Shown here: piece after piece, positions 29,117-33,703 of the stretch
Numbering within the stretch: position 1 is the stretch's first letter
Layout: the number at the start of each line of letters is the position of its first letter
Source of the DNA: Nitrososphaeraceae archaeon
GTDB taxonomy: Archaea > Thermoproteota > Nitrososphaeria > Nitrososphaerales > Nitrososphaeraceae
Direction: 5' to 3'
Length of the DNA: 33,703 nt
Assembly (NCBI GenBank): GCA_025449515.1
Contig: JANWJI010000043.1
Span: forward strand, 1-33,703
Program-made: the position numbers and the translations under genes
The notes under the pieces: generated by a model
Databases searched by the model: none
Told to the model about the DNA's origin: nothing
What the model saw: only the letters and a program-made list of their open reading frames with translations

Positions 29117-29476
29117 AAATTAACAATTCAAACAATAAAGACTTATTTTAGTCTTGCTAAATTGCATTTAATATTAAATGCGATAATGATCACAATAATA
29201 ACTTTAACATATACACAGAGCATCAATCAGTATTATAAGTATGAAAATATCGATATCCTGATTACATCACAATTCAAATATTTTATTACAAGAAAATAGC
29301 GAAATCTAGCTGGTGCATGAGATTTAGAACAATTATTGGCTAGTTTTCAGAAAGACTTCTCCTGAGCTGCAAATATTGACTAGATACATTTTTAACTTGA
29401 TTAAAAAGAATAAACGAATGGTGTTTGAGACTTAGGCAAAAGAAAAGTACTAACTGAATCCCATCTTAAGGAACTA

Positions 29477-29740
29477 GTGAAGCCTCAAACTGGCGAATTA
29501 CTAGGACGCGTCATAAAGTTAGTGGGTGGAGACAATGTTATTGTAAAGTGCACAGATGGCAAGGTCAGAACCTGTCGTATTAGAGGAAAAATTAAGAGAA
29601 GAATGTGGATACGTGATCATGATTTGGTATTAATTGCTCCATGGGATTTCCAAGCAGATAAGGCAGATATTATTTGGAGATACATTGCTGCTCACGCCGA
29701 TAAGCTTGAACAAGACGGCTATCTTGATGGATTAAAATAG
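29477..29740 (+). CDS. eif1A: Translation initiation factor aIF-1A
   Basis: The 87-aa product has the S1/OB-fold eIF-1A signature: GELLGRVIKLVGGDNVIVKCTDGKVRTCRIRGKIKRRMWIRDHDLVLIAPWDFQADKADIIWRY. It has a GTG start. The in-frame upstream codons back to the TGA at 29426..29428 also look aIF1A-like but contain no start codon. Confidence 0.9.
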   Translation: MKPQTGELLGRVIKLVGGDNVIVKCTDGKVRTCRIRGKIKRRMWIRDHDLVLIAPWDFQADKADIIWRYIAAHADKLEQDGYLDGLK

Positions 29741-30155
29741 CCCAAACACAGGCGCTTCGAAATATCCACACAATGATTGAGCTATGAATTAATACGACAA
29801 TAGTCGAAATATGGTACTCAATGATTGAATGTCGATGTAGACCTGATGCGTGCTATCCGGGATTTGTGACTCTAGCCGTATTTAGGCTTGAATCTTTATA
29901 CTACAACAACTAGGCTGTATTTGATAGTGCAGAAATTTTCGAATTATTAACCACGTAAAAATGTAGACAAATCCCCAGGTTTTGTTACAGACATCGGTAA
30001 AAATAATGGATTTCATATGAGTCTATCGAATTTCTAATCCGTTTATCAAAAATTTATAATTCATCTATTTAAGACATTATAGTATTTCGGAAGAGTGTAC
30101 GTATGAACTAAAAATAGAACTGAGTACGACGAATATTACCATAAATAAATCAAAC

Positions 30156-30329
30156 TCATAGATCATCAATAGGATATTTAGATAAACATGCGGAACATTC
30201 GTAGATCTCTTTCCCAACAGGTCCAGATACGTTGAACTTTACAACTGTAGTACATTTAGGACATCTGCCTTGTACACTACGACTCTTTGTCTGCGGCCTA
30301 ATAAGTTTCCGTCTTCTTCTTCCTCCCAT
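30156..30329 (-). CDS. elf1: Elf1-like zinc-ribbon protein (transcription elongation factor Elf1 homolog), 57 aa, below the ORF-track cutoff
   Basis: Manual translation gives MGGRRRRKLIRPQTKSRSVQGRCPKCTTVVKFNVSGPVGKEIYECSACLSKYPIDDL. It has a basic N-terminus plus C-x2-C...C-x2-C, the layout of Elf1 found in eukaryotes and TACK archaea. An A/T-rich TATA-like element sits about 30 nt upstream. Confidence 0.6.
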   Translation of the reverse strand: MGGRRRRKLIRPQTKSRSVQGRCPKCTTVVKFNVSGPVGKEIYECSACLSKYPIDDL

Positions 30330-30720
30330 TGTTTCTATCGTAAGTGTTGATACACATTCGACATTTTTACCTATCTAAGTACGGCTAAGCTCCTACAATG
30401 ATTTTATAGATTGGCACGTATGCGACAGTTTTTTTCAGCCAGGTGACCCCAAATTGATTTTGAGGGATTAAATGGAAATCTAATACTGATTACATTTAAC
30501 ATATCTATGGTTATCGTTAGATCCTGTAAAACTAACGGTATTAACATCTATTCAATATAGCCAATCTGAGATGCTCCCGTCTATCTCTATGTTTAGGCAT
30601 CAAGAGCTGTAAACCAAGTAGAAATTTGCGTGACTTTCACTGAAAATCCGCACCCGCGCAATGTCCATATCAGTTCAAGTTGGAATTAACTATTTTCTAA
30701 GTTTTATATGTGCGGCAAAT

Positions 30721-31362
30721 CTACCTAGACACAAATTTAATCTTGTCGAGGTACGTAGGAAGGTCACTAATAAAAGACATGAAATTACGGATAGGTACGA
30801 CTGGGATTTCTTCAACCAGTTTTATAGCCATTGGATAAAGAGTAAGTATTACTGGAATCGATGAAGATACAGTTTTTCTATTTGACATGAATACGTATGC
30901 CCTGTGAATTTGCTTTATCGCGTAAAATGTTATTGATTTTAAATCATTTCGCCGCCAATGCTTACAATCAATCAATATGGCTAGTTTGGAGGAATTGTTG
31001 GTTCCAACAACATCAATTTCCATTCTACGAGGTTTATTAAACCGTACATTGCACTCAGTTTCATATCCAGACAAGTTAAGAATTTCCGAAGCGAACATCT
31101 CAAAATCTCTCCAGGTTAGAATTTTCGATATAGATTCAACATCATTCCCACTTTTTAATGCAAAAATTGCAAGTTTGATTCGATCTGAATCAGAGAACAC
31201 ATAGCTATTTTGGGATGTACGACCGATTCCGTTATCCAATAAATATTGTATAACTTGTTTAGAGACTGACCGACTGTTAACAGCCAGTCTGCTTTGAAAA
31301 TCATTTGGAGTTAATTCTGGCATTATTGCATGCATAGCTTTCACTAAAAGTAAAGGATCCAC
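30721..31362 (-). CDS. wHTH + PD-(D/E)xK (Mrr/HJR-like) endonuclease-fold protein
   Basis: The product is 213 aa. The N-terminal roughly 80 aa are wHTH-like. The nuclease core follows: WRDFEMFASEILNLSGYE ... MEIDVVG ... LAILIDCKHWRR (E88, D117, D132-x-K134). Confidence 0.65.
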   Translation of the reverse strand: MDPLLLVKAMHAIMPELTPNDFQSRLAVNSRSVSKQVIQYLLDNGIGRTSQNSYVFSDSDRIKLAIFALKSGNDVESISKILTWRDFEMFASEILNLSGYETECNVRFNKPRRMEIDVVGTNNSSKLAILIDCKHWRRNDLKSITFYAIKQIHRAYVFMSNRKTVSSSIPVILTLYPMAIKLVEEIPVVPIRNFMSFISDLPTYLDKIKFVSR

Positions 31363-31921
31363 ATGATATGATCAGTACTCAGATATTTGAATTAGATAGA
31401 AATAGCTTAAATTTCGTTAAGGTGTACTGTCTTACATTAAGTAACTAATTTGATTTTCAAATGCTATGTGATACATTTAGAAAAATTCAAGATCTATCTG
31501 AAAATAGCATATTCAGTGTAGCCGGTGACAACTAGTAATAAGATTAGCCGAGGAAGCTTGCGATTGTTAACTTGAAATCGAAACCCGTATCTAAACCTGT
31601 GATACCAATGCAATGAAGGACCTAGTCTCACCGGAATAGAAGTATGGACAATGCATACATTATCTTATTCAAGTGGAATTAACAAGTTAATAGACAAAAT
31701 GAGAATCAAGGATCATTCGTGTTGACAAGTATCGACAGTGTAATGCCACAATCTACCGAGATTCATTTCAAGATATGTTCAGGTGAATCTTATCTTAGAA
31801 CATCTTAGAACATCGAATAACCTTCCTATCGTAATATTTTTTAGAAAGGGGATAGAGCAGTATGTACAGCCTTACCTAGATTGTGTGCCAGTATTAATAA
31901 AAAAACAGAAAGGATATAGAT

Positions 31922-32104
31922 ATGGATAATGTCAATTGCAACATTTGTGAAATGCCATTGGAGATTTCCAACCTAGAACAGCATATAGCCTCTCAAATCC
32001 ACTTAAGAAACAAAGCTCATTTAGACACAAAACTCAGAATTGTTAATATAACTGAGCTAAGGCAGCAATCTGTATTACATAAATGGTTAGAATCGGCATC
32101 GTGA
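31922..32104 (+). CDS. Small C2H2 (U1/matrin/zf-met-like) zinc-finger protein
   Basis: The 60-aa product contains CNICEMPLEISNLEQHIASQIHLRNK, i.e. C-x2-C-x11-H-x5-H, followed by a helical tail. Confidence 0.5.
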   Translation: MDNVNCNICEMPLEISNLEQHIASQIHLRNKAHLDTKLRIVNITELRQQSVLHKWLESAS

Positions 32105-32209
32105 ATAGATTTAATTTCCGGTCAACTGTGTACCTGCCATATTTATGAATGACACATCGATACTGTAACTGACTGGTTACTTTATTTTCTTATTACAAAT
32201 TTGTGAGAG

Positions 32210-32467
32210 TTACTGAGCAAAATTAGGAGTTGTTTGTGAATGAATATCATTGTAGGTCTCCAAATAAGACATTCCCTTCAGGGTTGTTAGGTATTTCTTA
32301 TCGATATGCCTATACGCGATCAGGTCATATACTAATAGAATATGAAGGTATTTCGTTAGGTCTACCGAAGATAACGAAGTTCTGGAAATTATTGCCGATG
32401 ATTGGATACCTACTGTGGCTGCCTCCAAAATGAATTCTACTATGTCGCTAGGGTTTCCAAATGTCAT
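32210..32467 (-). CDS. Small winged-helix DNA-binding protein (HTH_45-like)
   Basis: The 85-aa product has the pattern IVEFILEAATVGIQSSAIISRTSLSSVDLTKYLHILLVYDLIAYR....YLTTLKGMSYLE, which matches stand-alone archaeal wHTH regulators. Confidence 0.6.
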   Translation of the reverse strand: MTFGNPSDIVEFILEAATVGIQSSAIISRTSLSSVDLTKYLHILLVYDLIAYRHIDKKYLTTLKGMSYLETYNDIHSQTTPNFAQ

Positions 32468-32940
32468 AATGAGATCAACTAATACCTTTAGAACTGCTAT
32501 TTATGAAAAGCTCTTACAAATTCTCGTTCTAATGTCAGGTTCTATCAAATAATACTCTTATCCTGCGAGTTCATGACTAACATTTTCACGATATATTTCA
32601 AGGTTCTTGTATTCACAGTATGAGATATAACATATTGTGATAATAATTTGGTCAGTCTATTCAGTTACTGCGATTCGTGATCATAGTCATTGAAATCAAA
32701 ACTATTGTAAAAATAGATTTGATCGGACTGTAAGTCAGTAGCTAGCTAATCAAATGAACCACACATATTTTACTAAACATAGATACAAATATTTATCTTG
32801 CAAGTTCCTTAGATATTACTTTATCAATTAAAAGAAGCTTAATAAACTATTGGAGTTATTTAACTCCAGTTACGTCAGAAGTATTCCCCATGTACATTTA
32901 ACTCAAATCCACTAATAATATACCAACACAATAAGATACG

Positions 32941-33703
32941 TTGATATCTGAAAATCAAAGATTGTTACTTACACTATCTCTATTGTTACTAGCTGTAGCT
33001 ATGTGTACATTTTCAACATATAACATGGTTCTCGCGGACAATAACAAGAAATTATCAATACAATGTGCAGATACCGTACCATGCTTAAACGGGATTTGCA
33101 TAGGTGACTCATGCTCACCCGCGAAGGGTCATGAATATACGTCTGATGCATCTCATAAGACAAAACAATCGATTAACTTTGAAAATTCCTCCAACAGCTT
33201 TGAACAGGTTAGATCTAGCACAAACTCTATGGATATGTATCAAAATACAAATAATGACAATATGTGTATTAAATCTCCAGTCTCGACAGTGATCAACACT
33301 TCAGGAAAAAAGGATTTGAAAGAGGATGTTAAAAAGGTATTCGACAATAATCCCAATACAAAATGGTCATTGAAAGGCGGCAGATCATATATTCAAATGG
33401 ATTTAGGTGAAATTAAAAATATTTGTAGCATAGACATTCACTGGTACAAGGGAGAAAAGGGAACATATCACTTTGCGATATCTACGTCGATTGATGGGAT
33501 TACGTTCACGAATATTTTAAGAGGAACAAGTGATGGCACAAGTATAGCATCAGAAAACTATCCAATCATAAAGGAGGTGCAGGGCAGATATATCAGACTT
33601 GATGCTTCTAGGGACTCGGATGTGTCTGGCGTGTCCGAAATAGGAATATATACGAAAAATATTAAAAACACGAATGCATCTGCGGCTCAATCGCAGCAAT
33701 ATC
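32941..33703 (+). CDS. Secreted protein with an F5/8 type C (discoidin)-like carbohydrate-binding domain; 3' end off the window
   Basis: This frame stays open to the window end and is not in the ORF track. A TTG at 32941 gives the signal peptide ISENQRLLLTLSLLLLAVAMCTF; ATG 33001 is an alternative start. A Cys-rich linker follows, then FDNNPNTKWSLKGGRSYIQMDLGEIKNICSIDIHWYKGEKGTYHFAISTSIDGITFTNI...GRYIRL. Confidence 0.6.
   Translation, partial: MISENQRLLLTLSLLLLAVAMCTFSTYNMVLADNNKKLSIQCADTVPCLNGICIGDSCSPAKGHEYTSDASHKTKQSINFENSSNSFEQVRSSTNSMDMYQNTNNDNMCIKSPVSTVINTSGKKDLKEDVKKVFDNNPNTKWSLKGGRSYIQMDLGEIKNICSIDIHWYKGEKGTYHFAISTSIDGITFTNILRGTSDGTSIASENYPIIKEVQGRYIRLDASRDSDVSGVSEIGIYTKNIKNTNASAAQSQQY

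Noticed and set aside
33104-33292. 62-aa plus-strand ORF
   Set aside because: It lies in an alternative frame within the better-supported open-ended discoidin-domain CDS.
1-33703. Search for tRNA, rRNA, transposase/integrase, reverse transcriptase, cas or toxin-antitoxin genes
   Set aside because: No T-loop/acceptor-like patterns, rRNA-like GC-rich blocks or diagnostic protein motifs were seen in any listed ORF or in the manually translated gaps. These searches were by eye only, so absence is not proven.

Overview
AT-rich (roughly 35-40% GC by eye), low-coding-density archaeal chromosome segment. aIF-1A, an Elf1-type zinc ribbon, Hel308, an AglH-like GT4 transferase and an archaeal-type ValRS point to a TACK archaeon, probably a soil thaumarchaeon (Nitrososphaeria); this placement is inference only. 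About 30 genes can be supported. Housekeeping genes: valS, hel308, hemD, aIF1A, an M20 peptidase and an FMN reductase. Secreted or membrane proteins: a six-bladed NHL propeller, a PQQ-type sugar dehydrogenase, a PKD-like surface protein and a discoidin-domain protein. Several small Zn-binding or wHTH proteins fall below or near the ORF-track cutoff. I found no rRNA, tRNA, CRISPR array, transposase or integrase. Main observations: (1) a 478-aa fusion of a KaiC/RecA-type ATPase with a divergent class III nucleotidyl cyclase domain, the best candidate for uncharacterised signalling biology here; (2) a heme-copper oxidase subunit II/I gene pair at the left edge that is broken by one in-frame stop and several frameshifts while all other long genes are intact; (3) a 1.4-kb gene-poor spacer with a near-perfect 77-nt-period tandem duplication and a thrice-repeated quasi-palindrome; (4) a 1.3-kb stretch with no ORF of 60 aa or more on either strand; (5) a cluster of small TACK/eukaryote-like Zn proteins next to a wHTH-PD-(D/E)xK nuclease. 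No complete multi-gene novel system (defence or otherwise) can be demonstrated from sequence alone. All functional calls rest on motif recognition by eye and need HMM or structure searches.
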